This document shows positions 11,971 to 27,036 of a DNA stretch of 64,000 nt, one piece after another (the first letter of the stretch is position 1; each line of letters starts with the position of its first letter). The position numbers were made by a program, and so were the translations under genes. The notes below the pieces were generated by a model, which was not told where the DNA came from, ran no database searches, and worked only from the letters and a program-made list of their open reading frames with translations. The DNA is from Balanoglossus misakiensis (Eukaryota > Animalia > Hemichordata), in contig CM082596.2 of the NCBI GenBank assembly GCA_040954595.2, forward strand, positions 3,145,039 through 3,209,038, read 5' to 3'.

Positions 11971-14900
11971 TACTACTTAAATTTGACATTTGTTGATCTA
12001 AATATATCCATCAAATATGCATCAGAACAAGCAAAAAGTCATGGAATTATCATACAAAATTGAGTCGTGACTTTTATATTTTTCGGTCGGTGTATGCACC
12101 ATCTCTGTGTGAAGTGTTTATACTTGTAATGTTTGTACATTCTCCTGGCGGTATTGGTGGAAAATTCCCCCAGGGTTATCAGTCATGTAACCCACACTGC
12201 ATTTGTGTGTTGAAAGTGACCTGAAAAGAATTAATATCATACAAGTCAGTGACAGAGAATCCAATCGCTAAAGGTCAATATTGACAAAAAATTCTTATTT
12301 TCTGAGAAATGCATTGAAGTTGGTTCGACTCTGATTTCAGGTGACTTTCACCAACAAAAATTTGAAAAAAAAAATGATTTACTGATATCAGTAGTTGCTG
12401 ATCAATATTATTTAAAATTCAGACAAGCAACCTCCTGTCGGTACACTTAGAATAATAATGATTTTTCGTTTAATATGAGCTCATCTGGTATCAATCTTGC
12501 ATGTCCAGAAATTTGCACTGTCAGATCTGAGATTCCCCTGAGGTCCACGTACGTCCATTAACTTGTTAATTGATTGCCTGACTAGAGCCTGAAATCTTTG
12601 CAGGACGTAACCCCCTGGCTGTGATATGAACCGAAGCCGAGCTCTTGATCATGACTGTGCGACCCCCAGTGTTGCGTTGTAACTAGGTCACAGTGGGGAT
12701 CATAATTATATAGATCTGTGACTGGCCTTTTCGTGGCTGTCACAGATAAAGAAATAGATACTGTAGTATCAATGAAGTTGACGTGTTGAGTGCGTAATAA
12801 GTGGGCACAGATTTCTAGTTCTTGTTGCAAACTATAGTGGCCCATTTCTAGTATATGTCAGGATTCCGTGGGTGGTTTTTGGCCTTTATTGCCGGTGTGT
12901 ACTTGACGAAAGAAAAATCTCAAAAGTTTATTATCAGTCGTGTCTTAACATTCCTTGTACACCTGTTCAACATCTCTGTAACCTTGGTATTGTATATTAG
13001 CAGAGCGTAAATTATTTAATTGGTTGAGTGAGTTGATTTTCGACCAGAATTACCTTTGCGTAACTCTGTGGGTCTTTATAAAGAAAGGGGGACTAAAAAT
13101 ATCTGAACACACTAAAAGATGAAAGAAAATATAAAAAAATAAAATAAAAATATGTAGAAATTCATTTCCAGAATTTCACATGGCTGACTGTTGTCATGGT
13201 TACATTTGTATACTCTGTGTTAAAACAAACACACCCAGTGGTGTGAAATTAAAATTTCATTGAATGCACATTTGGTGATGGATGCGTTGTTTAGGTTGCG
13301 CTGTGTGTGATTAACGTCACAGCATTGAGAAGGTGGCATTTGCATTTTCACCGTGAATTTGGCGCAGGCAGGGTAAATTGACAGATAAGATTCCAGGCCA
13401 GATTGGAGGCGCAAAAATTCAGTCAATATTATCCGTGTCTTAGTGATACCTGAAGTGCAATATAACACACCCCATTGTTAGTGATCCCTTTCAACAGATC
13501 TCAAAACAAGATCAGTTCTCCCCGCGTGAAAGCTGTTCAACTTTTCACACAAAGGTGTGAATTAGTCGACAGAAATGCATTGAGTGCTAATAAAAATGTT
13601 CATTCCATTCAAAATCAAAACCTGAAATGAACAGGGGAGACGTCACCAGAGTTGGCATTGATGTTAATCTAGTCCGTGGCCTAATTTCATTTGTAAAGGC
13701 GAAAAAGATTTTAAAAGCCAGAAAGCAGGAATGTGTAATTTGGAGCACATCTGCAATACGTGCTTCCGTTGTCGTAAAACGCATGAGAAATATCAATAAA
13801 ATTGCAGAAATAGATATTAGTGGTCAAGGTCAGATTACAGAAAAATGAAGATAAATAGATTTTGATATTAAAAATGTATCACTTCTAATTGGTTGCTTGG
13901 AATGACTCATGCCACAGATTTTGTGCTAAAGAGATTCAACAGTGTCTTCATCCTTGAAAGTCAATTACTCCTTGAACTAATTCTACAGTTGGCATAGAAC
14001 TTGAATTTGCAGTGAAGATTTGACTTGCATATTAAACGCAAAGACAAAATTGCATAGGAAGACGTCCATCTCTCTGTGTCTCTCGCTTTCACACGCTCTG
14101 TCTCTCTCTCTCACTTAAAGAAAAACTTGCAAACTGGTAATGAAGCAAGTAAACAATAAAAAAGAACGCTTTAAAAATGTATGTGAAATTGAATTTAAAC
14201 CTCAGATTTCCATAAAAACAGAAGAAGGCAGGAGTACCCCACTGGCCACTTTTGGTGGTCTGTGACCTTATGGAGGGATCTTTGTGGATGAACAGCTCTC
14301 ATATTATTTCCACTTTACAGAGGGATAGGCACATCGCAACCGTTGAATGCACAGGACAAGCGGCCTGCCATTGATCATCATATGGCCAGGCTGAAAAGAA
14401 ACAGGGGATTACCGATATTACACATTCACTTGGAAGATTTGGCGAATGAAAGGAGATTATTTACACTCTCGGAGAACGCCAGTCGTGATAAATTGAGTCT
14501 ATTAATTTTCATTCAGAAACTTATTTGTTTGTCAAGCGAGGTGGCTTGGTTGATTGAACGTCTCCGAGTTGCCGTCGCTGAGGGTCAGGGTACGATACCC
14601 GTCGCATCTTGATGCGAAACACGCCAGACTTGTAAGGGTTTAAACCTGTCTCCTCAAGTTTTCCTGGTTGCCAGTAAAAAATGTATACTGCCCTCATAGG
14701 TGTGCATATAATTATCGATACTGGCTTCTCCAATTCACTGGGCTCATGAACGAAACCCCAAAATGTGATTAACACCAGTGTTTGGTTTGTTAAACACCGA
14801 TTAAAATGATGGGTTGCTGTGGTGTGTACGTGTTAAATGCTTTGTTGTTGATGACAATAGAATTTGTGCCCCACCAGTTATTCAACTGTTCGCAGTAACA

Positions 14901-17900
14901 ATGCAAGTCATCAGATATATATATCACAAACACGCTGGAAAAAATGATCAAGATTTTCTGTAATGGTTAGTGGGTGCCCCTGGCCAGCTGTATATAAGTT
15001 AATGTAGCTATATTAAGACTGTCCTCATTTACTTAGTTGCTAGACATCAGAATTGAAATGTTTTGATGCAGAAAATTGCACTTATTGCAAAAAATATGCA
15101 TGGCTTTAATTAGATTATCCGAGTGTAATACTCACCATTAATACACGTAAAGTAGCCAGTAACTCACGTCATTGATTTTCTGAGGAGATTTTACGAGCCA
15201 AGCAGGGTCGTTTTAGTTTACGCAAGCAGTTCATCATGCGTGATATAGAGTGAAGTAAAAGTCAACTGTGGTATGGTTCTGTCATGGCTGGACTAATCAT
15301 GGTTTAACTGTGTGTGTATACGAGTTAATTGTGGAGGTAATTGTTGCTCCAAATTTCAAATGATATGTTAACAACCACTATATAAAAATGAACGATCATC
15401 TGCATTCATTGCGACAGCATGATACATACATGATGATATATATATATGAACCAATACCACACGTAGGCAGAGCTAAACTGAATCACTTTTCACCACTTTT
15501 CCACCACTGGTGAGCTGATTTTATTATTTCAGAATATTTTATTTATATATGGTGGTAGTTTTTCCTTTTATTACAGAACACTGACACACTAAATAATAAT
15601 TTCAGTGTGTTTTTCTAATCATTTGGGGTGACTGCATGTATTTTAATTTTTTTTCAGGGCTTTTTATACGAGACATGGCAAGCGTATTTTGAGCTGAAGT
15701 TTCTGCCGTATTCCGCTGTATATATGTATGTACGTAGTCGTACTGAAAAAAAACACAGGTATATATAACCTTAAATACATCATCATTATCTGCTATACTT
15801 TCTGTGTGTAACGGTGCCTGTATGTTCTAAGGCACTTCAACAAGTCAATCCACAGCCTACAACATAACAGTCCACAAAAATTACACCGATATTGCGCATA
15901 TAATGGCCGTTGTCAAGTGCATTACCAGAGAAGAAACCATATTCAGAGATACCTGGAGGGTCGTGTGCTTGCGTCGTACAGTAATAAAACAGAATGAGGC
16001 CACGTGGGGGTCAATTCCATTGAAATTAAGTTGATCGAAAGTTTTCACGCTTGTCACTTTCGTAATTGTAATACAGGTTGACTGAAGCCAGAGGAATTGA
16101 GTTCACTCAACTGATCAATCAATAAATTAATCAATCAATCAATCAGGGAACAGATCAATTAATTGTATTAACCAATCTCTCGGCCTTAAAAGACCATCAG
16201 TCACTGTATCTTTCGACTGAGTGGTCTCGCTAGTGGTTATTCGACCATTCAGTGAACGGAAGAAACTCACAGGCAAAACATGAATGTTCACTCCCTGCAA
16301 TAATGAAAAAGTATCTTTTTCTCATGATGGCTTTTCGACCGACTAATGCTAGATAGTGTGGCCTATCATCGAAGAATTCAAACACCTACTTACATACATG
16401 TATGCAAGCTCTTATGGTATTGATGGAGAGCAAAATATTTTTTATTCAAATGCCTAATATTTCCTCTGTGCAGTGTTAGTATGCAAGTTATCAATATAAT
16501 GTTGAAATATGAGCTGGCCATGAGTTGTGTAGGAGTATGGCCTACTCATGTTACAAATGAAAACTGTACTTGATTAACACACGCACAATTAAGTGTTTAT
16601 TTCTCTGATCAGTAGTGCGTTGCGAAAGCCGAACGCTGTGATTAAAAATATGCGCGGTTGGAGTGTTTGTGTTGCAAGGATTGTATTTAGTGGTGACTTT
16701 TCTGTGTCGACAAACATCTCGTTGACCTCAGCGGTTGATAAAATATATCTGACAATATCCTCTCGTTAATGCTGCAATCAATTTCCAAAAGTGAAGTTGG
16801 GCGACGGCTTAATGAGGCGTAGGCCTCACAGATGAGGGAATTCAACTTTCCCGCTCCAATAACTTTGCCGCCTTATCCTTGACTGTCGCGTCTCACACAC
16901 AGGTGCTGCGGCAACGTACATGTACATACAGCGAGCGTAGCAAGGTGCCCATTACGGCATATCTAAGGCTTGCTTAGCATCCGGTCAGCCACAGAGAGAG
17001 AGAGAGAGAGAAAAATCCATTAGCCGACCGAGTTGCTGATTTTTTCATGTCAGCATTTTTTTTTCGTAATGCACAGCTGCTTGATAATTGCAGGCATTCT
17101 CATTAAATGTGGCTGCAACCTGCAGTTTAATTGGGTAATTCAGATAAAAGATTAATTCCGAAAACAGCGAAAAAACATCAGTTTCGTACATAGCCTGATA
17201 ACTAGAATACATTTTGATGGTCAGTTAAGTTTCCCACCAAGATGTATTGCCTATGAAACATGCGCCAACTTGTGTGCAAAATCTGGTGAAAGTCGGGTGT
17301 AAACTGCAGTGCCACCTTAATACGTACAACACATAAAAGTAATATTTAGCTTTTTATAGCTGACAGCAATATTTAATTAACAATAGCTCAACCCAAATTC
17401 ACTATGGGTGCTTAAAATAACAGTTGAAAATGTGGTACAAACAATCATCCAACCTCTTCGGTCAAGGCTTTTGAATTATTGTTCAATGCGTCGCTATTCA
17501 CCTGTCATGTATATCTACTTTTAAAAATTCTTGAATGTTGATCTAATTTGTAATAAAACAAGGGAGGTACAGCCGGCTGGTTTTCCTCCAAATAAGTACT
17601 ATACTTGAGATAAAGTCAACACTTTTATGTGGGTGTTTGATATTGTACATACAAAACTAATCAATTTTAAGTGTACACACATGCTAAACAAATTTTTATT
17701 AAATGAAACAGCTTTTGAATGTTTCATCGTTGTATTTAGTTGGGTTCACTGTATTGATTATTTCTCTGTGCATAACGGTAGAGAAAAACCTGATTTATAT
17801 ATGCTTAGTCAGAAATTGAAAAGTTTTCTTTCAGAAGAAGAGATGTGTATTTTGCAAAGCAAATAGCGAATTCAGTGCGCATGGAAATTTATATTTGCTT

Positions 17901-20900
17901 ATTTTAGCGTGTGGCTATTTCACTACTAGAAGCACATCGTGGACACTTGTGTTTTGATTTTGATGTACAAACATCAAGTTCTGATGCAGTTTAATTTAAG
18001 ATTTTTTTTCCGATTGCAGGCTAAGCGAAATGCTCGCAATGAAAAAGTGGCAGTGTGATAGATACATGTTCATTTATATGTAAAAGTACCAATTTTCGTG
18101 GTCGTTCTAGGCTTTACTTCACAACCACAAATTAGTCTGGGGCACTGATGTGGTTAAAAATGGATATCAAATTTGGTTTTTAAAAGAAATATGGCAAGCA
18201 GTGTTTCGTTTTGGAAAAATAAATTATTCAAGCGCATGTTTCAATGTTCGGTCCCTATAAGAAGTAAACTTTGGTTGACTCCCTGTTGATTTCAGTGGGT
18301 ATAGATGGAATCATCCACAGGAAAACGGGTGAGAAGGCTAAGAGGGAAAGATATGACCTTTTGAATAATGTTTTGCCCTGTGAACACATGAAAAAATCAT
18401 AATTTGGAAGCCGTCTTGTATTGCATGTCAATTGATGCAGGCTTATTGAAAATGTATATTTTTGATGAGCTGATTTGCTATGAATTATTTAATAAAGAAA
18501 CTTCGGAGTTTAACAGGAACATGCATTAAATATTGAAAACGGCGTGTTTGGGTAATGCCTGTAATTATTGGCGTACGGCAGGCTAGCGGCTTTCATCGGG
18601 GTGGATATGCAATTCACCAGTTTGCCCCAAACTCCAATGAAGGGAAAAATATCAAATTTGCGAGAAAGCATCCCTAATTATGCTGAAAATTGGTCTTTTC
18701 AAATTGGCTTTTCACTCTGGATTAGCGGACTGACGTCGACGGTGATATTTAAGAAATCAGTTTTATTGTGCGAGTGTTGTTGTGGAAAATCATATTTTAT
18801 TCGGAGGTAGCTCCTGCACTGCTCATTGGCTGCTTGCCCTGATCGAATATTCTTTAATAATCTTTCAATTTCCTCTAATGCTTTCAACCAATTTCAATAT
18901 CGGCAATCCCTAATTTCATAATGGAAAAAGCTATTAAATTTAATATAGAATTTCATCTTTCTTTCCAAATGCAATTTAATTCCTTCCTTTTTCCCTAAAT
19001 TTAATAATTGGCTTTTTGTTATGAAATTTATTTGGCCATGAAATTTTATTGAAAGTAGAAATGCAGGCAGGCTTGCTGAGTAATATAATATGATCGCTTT
19101 TTATTGAAGCTCGTATTGGTTGGTTGAAAGAGAGCAAGCCGTTTCTTACGTTTAATCCCGCGGACGCATTTGCGCTGTGCATGCAGCTGGGCTTCTTCTC
19201 AAGCGGAGTAAAGGTAATTTCACTTTCCGTCACTCAATGTTTGCCTCAGAGTTGTAATCTGCTCTAATGCATGGATTTTGCCGTATTTGACAGTGATAAG
19301 GTTAAAAGTACATGCTTTGAGTTTGCTTTTCGGGGGGCTCGTTTTTCAGGTTTTCACGTCATCCCTCCTCTTTTTCTCTCCCCCCGTTCCCCCCCCCCTC
19401 TTCCCCCGATCCAATTAGATTGTATCCGTACAAGTGACATCGCTACAGGCTTCGCCCTGTATTGACCGGTTTCAAATCATTGTCCCGCTCTGACAACGGC
19501 AAAACATGATCCATGCGTCTGTCTCGCAGGTAATTTTCAGCCTGGGAGCGTGATAAACAACCTTTTGTCGTATCGTGTACGCGGGTGCACTTCTTTGAAC
19601 ATTCACACTGCCTCAGCACAGATCGTGACTTTTCCTAATCCTGTAGTCTGTGTGATATCGGTTTGGAAGTCAACTGGATGACTTCTGTGCACATTATATT
19701 TTCAGGTCAATGCCATATGGCATAATTAAAGAGGAGTCTGCCATACTGTCTATTATGTGTGGCGTATGTATATTCTATTGGGAAACTGTGACACTTGTAA
19801 TTTCCACTGAAAGAAAAATTTCAAATTGTTTGTTCCTGGAATATCATTGTAATGATTTTCTGCTTGGGCAGGAAATGGGAACGTTCCCCACAAGTTTGAT
19901 ATCACTGTAAAAATAGGCGATCTTGTCACAGATACTATGCAGTAGCTATATGAACAAGGATGGTAGTAAAAGCAAATAGCTATCAGTAAGTGGACTGAAT
20001 TTTACATTTTATCATTTTTGTAAATCTACTGTTAACTCGACATAACTTAAAAAATATCAAGGAATGTACTTTGGCAAGCAACAGAAACCAGAGATCAGAG
20101 TGAAAGATTGATAGGGCTCTGTATTAACAATCAATCGGTTCATGTTCAGTTTCAGTTTCATGTTTATTGTTGTTTGATACAGTTTCACATTAATCAGATG
20201 ACGAGGAAAAGTTTCGGTTGAGCTTTGTTAGAAGTTCAGTATTTTTCATTTCCTGACGTTTCTAAGTAAAGGTTGGTTATTCAGTGTCCGGGATGGTCTT
20301 TCCATCATGAAATAACGTGTTTTTGACGAGAGAAAAAATCACTGAATCATGCATGTGTATGTAGGCAAGTTTGCAAAGAGCTGAGTCAGTTTATAAACCA
20401 GGGTTGAAAGGCTTATTCTCCGGAAGATGTTGAGGTAAATCTAGCTGTGTCACTTAACTGCTTCAAATTATTTTCTTGCCTGTTTTCCCATGTATTGAGA
20501 TGGTGCCAGTTTTTCTGCAAGGTGATCTTTGTTGGGGGTAAGGAGAATCACAGTTGGTTAATATGTTTAATGTGAACTCATAACGAGGAAAAATTTCCTT
20601 CATATTGATTTGGGATGCCAAACCGTCTTGGCAGAGGTCGCGGCTATCATGTGAATACACACTGATAGCATTAATGTATGTTTCATGAATTTGAAGGGTA
20701 TGTGTGTGCGTTATGTACCGTATGTTATCTGCATTTCAATTATGATGTGCCATTCGAAAACTGTTTATACTTGACAGATCTGTAATTAAAATGTTTGCTG
20801 GTATCTATAGCTTCAGTCAACCACTTGAATGGAAGAAATCATAAAAACCTGTGAACATACACCAGTTGCTGCTCTCTAGCTGTTTTTTCCCCTCAGTATT

Positions 20901-23900
20901 GCCATGGCAACTTTCTTCACCATTGCCATAGCAACAATTTTGCCATTTCCTGGTCTAACTATGACTTCCTCGAACCTTGACAGAACTTTGGAGGTTTTTT
21001 TTTTTAAATCAGAACAGTTTCTTTAGTCCCTTTGGTGTTCAGTTTATAGACAGGTTTTACTGTACGTGATACATTTAAAACGATTGGCATACACTGCAAA
21101 GATTGAGCAGAAGACTATTTTGGTTCAAGATTCTTTGCATAGTGAAGGGGCTATTTTTGTACAATCTGAAGAAACCACTGTAAATCTTTTTCCAACTTTC
21201 GTGACAGATGATGCGTTATAATACATGGACAGTTTATATATACACACACCCTGAAAGGTATAAATGTTGATTTATTAGAGTATATGTCTGAAATCTAGTT
21301 TGACGTCTCTGCTATAGCGGGAATAGCCCCTTTACTGTGATACTGCCAGGGCCCCAGGGGGCTGGAGACATTAACCTAGATTTTATGTGGACTTCGGGGA
21401 TCTTACTTTTAAACGCGTGTAGCACTGCAGCTCTATTAAATGGAAATCGACATTAAGGAGAGAGAAATGCTTTCTGGCTGTCTTTCAAACGTTTTGCCAC
21501 CGGTCAACAAGTAGACCAACATGTTGCTATTCAAGTGAAATTTCAATCGTGGATATATAGTTTGCGTAAAAGTACAGTCACCCAGTTTCGGAGCGCGCGG
21601 TTTAATCGGTTGCAATCACAGCTATTCAGCAGGCATTTATAAAGCAACTTGAGTCTGTGCGTAGGATATCGTTTTTCTGTAAATCACTCAGTGCTGGGAT
21701 AAGGTGGCCGTAAGTTGGAAATATGCAAGTGGGACAGAGAGGGCATATATCTTTTGGCTGATTTTTGTTTGCGCCACTCTGCTTTCTGGAACATGTGGGA
21801 TGATATCGGCTGATTGACATCACTCCTTCATTAACCCAGATTGTTTGCTGAGGTTAATACTCCCATGAACACCCAGTCTTATAGGTTTGTTTCGCGCTCA
21901 TTGGCAGGATAGAGTCTAGAGATTTGATGTGTAAAGCAGAACAGGGAAAGTATTTTCTAACAAGAAACAGAAAAATGTCAGATTTGGTAGCAATTTTATT
22001 GTCTCTCAAGCAAATAATGGGTAATTGTGCCAAATTTGTATAAAATAGAATGAGTAATAAATTGAAGGGCAATGTAGACCCGGGGTTATATCAATTGATG
22101 TACCAGTTATTAGCTAAATTGGTTTGTACCCAATAAGAACATTATTTAAGTTCGATGCTGGAGGTCAGCAAGACCAAAGGGACAGTAGAAAAATCTTGTG
22201 TTTCCTTGGAGATATGCATCAGATTCCATTAACGTAGAAAGGCACACTTCTGAGAATTATGCATGTCCGGGGGAGTTGTACATATATTGGAATCCTTGGT
22301 CTGAGGGGATCGTGTACCCTCAAGACTCCTGGAAAAAACATGGAAAATCGTGGAATCTGAAATGACTTCTGGGAAGTAGTTGAAAGTCCTGGAAAAATGA
22401 ATTTACTCCTGGAATTTTTCAGAAAATGTATGCAGCTACGTGTAAGCGGTACCACAAAAGAAAGACCCAAGGTGTATAATTTGTGACCATAGGGGTTGTA
22501 TGCCTACACATATGTGTATCAGTCTGGTGACCCCAGGGGCAGTGTTTGCAGCCATAGGGGTGATACACCTAACATGTACATTGACATTTTGTATCAAATC
22601 TGATAACCTCTGGGTTAGTGCATTTCTCTCTCGAATAACCCAGGGGGTCAGCACACCTATTAGTGAAGAGTGACTGTAAGGGTATAGCACCCACCACATG
22701 TATTAGTCTACTTTTGCCCTAGGGGCCACACCCCTATTAGTCCGGAGTGACCCAAGAGGTGGTACATGCACATGTTAGGATTGGAGGAAATCCCAGGGCC
22801 AGTGCAATATCTGACCCTGGTTAAGTTGGTCGAAAACTTCATAGCAACATTTCATGTCACTATTAAAATGATGAAAATCGCAAAGAACTCAATACTATAT
22901 ATCAAAAGGGGTAAAAAATAGATTATAAATGTACTCAGATCTGTTACAGCCTGTTGATCGAAACAGTCCAAATATGAGGCCATGAAATGTAAAGGATAAT
23001 TTTTAAGTGTGTTTGGAATGGTTTTCATTTGAGCCAGAGTTACAGAACTCATTCAGGATTCTCGAAAATTCCCAGAATTTTGTACGAGAAGTGTCGGTTT
23101 CCACTTATCCCCAACTCGGTGCCGTTAAGCGAGACGTCTCAGCGGTGAAGCCAGCACTTTAATGACTCTTACTTGATTGTGTGCAGTGCCGCACAAATAA
23201 GTGCTGTACAACCACCGCATTTGCTCTCTGAGAAAAGAAAAATACATGTACTTGTACCCAAATAAGGTCAGTGTATGATAATATCAATTCTGCCCTGAGG
23301 TTACTGACAAGAATCTCCATTATGAAACCTATACTGTGTTCGCTCGGTTCCTGAATTTAATTCGAAAATCCCCATATTTCCCTGAATTTCAGTTTAGTAT
23401 TACAAGTCTCGGAAAACTGCCTTGCTTTCGGCTCAGACATAGATTTATAGTGATAAATGACCTTCATATTTTTAATTTTATGAAAATTTCATGATGTGAG
23501 TAATTCTTCTAAGATATATTGTTCAAATTAATTGGCACACAGTACATGTAGGTGACGTGCTTTGTATGATAAAGTTTCATTTGTCAGATTATGTACGTTA
23601 TGAAATATGATCAGATTTCAGTGGGCATAGATAGGAATTTTCCAACCGTTTTGGCTATATGAAAATTAGTTTTCAAACAATGTAATTTCTGTATAGTAGT
23701 GATATCTTTTTGCTGGATTTTTCGGCCACAAAAATATGGTCCAATTTTTTCTCACTCCAAAGCAGGAGAACCCTCTGCTGTTCTTTCCCATTCCAGCACT
23801 TGTCTCACCTCCTCCTGGATTGTGCCGGTTGCTTTTCAGCTCAGCTCCATCCTATCCCTGCTGAGGAAATAATGTGTAAAGATGACACTTCTGATGTGTT

Positions 23901-26900
23901 ACGAAGTTGGTTTTGCATCTGAATGTTCTTTAAGCCACATGTGTGAAAAAAAATTATATTCATTAGTTTGCTTTGATGAAATGTTCTGCTTTCAAAAAGA
24001 GTGTTTAATTGGAAAATTCGTGTCCGGTTGGTTGAAAAGAAGAAGGGAATAGGCCTCAGATGACGTGATTCAATACAAACTGGAAGAGTTAATTATCTCA
24101 GCAAATGGAGAGTCATGTCTCAAAAGATTGAACAATCTTTGACAAGTGAAGATGAATTTTCTATCGCAAAATTTGAGCAATTTCACGTTACTCGTCAAAG
24201 CCCTGAGTCTGAATTATTTCTGATATTCTCCGTGACCAGTCATGAGATATTTGAAAATGTTTTCCTTACACTCTCAAACACTGCCTTTGCAATAGACTTT
24301 TTTTTGAAAAAGTCGAAAAATTAACAAAAATAATATTGATCTACGTTGGAGAGTTCTGACGCTGTAACAATAACACCCGTGATGTTTTGACATTTTCTCC
24401 CAAGTCAGATTTACGCTCCCCAACAAACCACCCGTAACTTAATTTGAAAATAATTGAATTAGCATGCAAATGTCTGAAATTACGAAAATGTTATTACGGA
24501 AAATTTACTTGTCAGTTTAGCCATTGATTTATAATAGAGTTTTTTCGTCACTCAATTTTCGCATGCAAAGCTCGCCTGTTTTACTCTTGTCGTTACCTTT
24601 TGTTCTTTGACTTTCATTCAACCATGAAAGAATGGTTTGATTGACACTGCTGCCAGAAAGCTTCAATTGCATTGAGTTTTTTAATTGACTGGAAATAATC
24701 AGCATCTAGGATTTCTATAATTCTTTTTGTGTGAATGACTTATAAAACGCAATCAGAAGAATGAGGGGAAAAAAATCACCTCTTGATTAAAATTAAATTA
24801 ATTATTAAAGTTGAACCACAAATAAAATGACGTTTTCCTGTCATGAAGCTGCAGTTAATGAATAATTGAGCCAAGTGCAAGGATATGGGGATGCATATTT
24901 TAAGAGTTGCTGTCAAAGATATGAAATGTGCTGTAAATCAATATCCAATTTATTAAATAACAAAGCTGGGCGTTGCTTTGAAATCGTGCGAGACATCAGG
25001 AATACTGCCACCAAGGCAGTACACCCCACATTCTTTTGTTTGTGACATTCTCCAGTCGTCTGCATTGCGCAGTGACGGGTGACTCAAAATACACAGATGT
25101 GATCACAAGCCCAGTGTAATTTTTGAATCTGAAATCAGTTGTCAGTTTTAATATATTGAAGTAATTGAAATATAGAAACAACTTTCTCCTTCAGTGCACG
25201 TCAGATTTGGCCCCCGAAGGTCATGTACCGGTATAATGCACAGATGCGTCACAGTTCACGACTGCAAAATGGAATTGCTATATCTCTAGTGGCAAGAAAA
25301 TCTAGGTTTGCGTTACACTGTAGTGTGATTGCACTTTTACTGTTTATTCTGGGTTTCTAATGGCTTCTTGTCATGACGTGACACCAATAATGAACTCAAT
25401 TCTCGCATTGCGCATTCGCCGCACAAAAGAATTGTGCATCAGTTTTGTAAGCCACTTTTTTTCGAAACAGAACACTGCACTGTACGAGCGCAGGAATGAA
25501 AACTCTATTACAAAAAAAAATCATTTCAAATGGAGATTGCTGATCTCTCTTTTACGCTGTACGCGGAATAAAAATCAGAAATTAGGGCAGAGTTCTAATT
25601 TAATTAAAATGTTGGAACAGTAATCAGTCCTTTTGTTGTGTGGCCACACTGAATCTAAGAATTGCAATTACTTTTTTTCACAAAGTGTTCCTTATTTAAG
25701 TTGGCAGGTCAACAGATTAATGTAATATTTTTTCCAACTAAAGATAGATGTGCCTCGAGATGCCTGGTCACAATTATATAAAGTGGAGGGAAATTATGGG
25801 ACCATGGCATCTGTGTTATGTTTTTGGCGTCAGAAATCTTTGGTATTGCATATAAATTGCACATCTGTTTTCTCTTTAATGATCATGAAATAATGGTGGG
25901 CTGTGGGTGGATGGATCTAGAATTCAAACAATCAAATTTTGTCATCCTTTTTCTCCTTAAATGTGGAACGTCAATTTGTCATCCTTTCTGTAAAATCGCA
26001 TCCATCACCCCTATTTCACAGTAGATGGTTCTACCATACCATTGAAAAACAATACGGTAGAACCATGTTGTAGTGGTGGGTGGGTTAAGTGTAGGAATAC
26101 ATCTTCAGTTTTGAGGAGGTAAAAAATCCATATTGTAATGTATTCTCGGCTCCGTCATTTAATTTGTTTTGACAAAAATTTCTAGAATGGCAGTTACACA
26201 GTCTGCAAAACAGATCAATATATTGATTCTCTTCACAAAGGAATTGAATCCTAAAATTAATACATAATATAAAAATAAAATGGGTTTTTAGAATATTTGT
26301 AGATTTTAATATTTTTGCATACAGGTCAGGATTGAAAATGGCCTGATCAATTTATAGACAAATGTAGGATATGCAGGCATAATGTGATAAAAGAATTGCT
26401 AAAAATATATGCTATAGCAGTTTTTATCAATTTTTTTTTTTTTTTTTAAATAGGCTATCTATTGTATTTCTGCTCACTGAGCAAATGCATCGTAGTTTCG
26501 AAAATGAGGTCTTGAAATTGGCAATTAAATTTTGAAATTCATCAGAAATGCTGGCTGTTCACCAAACTGATTGGGTGATAAAGCGGGACTTGTCAACTCT
26601 GATACTGCATTTGATGTGTTTCTTTTAAGAGGGTGATGTCTTTGTTAAGAATTGATGCAACAGATGTATGCCACTGGGACTTGTAAGCTTTTATTGTGAG
26701 TGTGCTATCTGATAAAAAAGGTGTTTAAAGTCACAAATGATGAAAAGCGCCTGTACATTCAGCCGTGAAGTGTGAGTTCTTAAATACAGTCACTGGAAAA
26801 CACTAGTGTGACCTCATGAACAGGCCTAAAAAACCTATTTTCATGATCTGTGAAACGTGTAGGAGTCGGTGTAAAATTTCCCGTTGCTCAGATCCCAGTT

Positions 26901-27036
26901 TCACCTATGATTCATACATACAACGTATCTAAAGGTCAAATTTCTCTTTTTTTCATACAGGACTTAGAGGCACATCAGGTCTTAATGTAATCTGAACCGA
27001 AGAAGAAGAAAAAAAGCTCATCCGAGAAGAGTCGCC

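Noticed and set aside
26025-26066. 11-bp inverted repeat atggttctacc/ggtagaaccat
   Set aside because: Too short to interpret; no supporting context.
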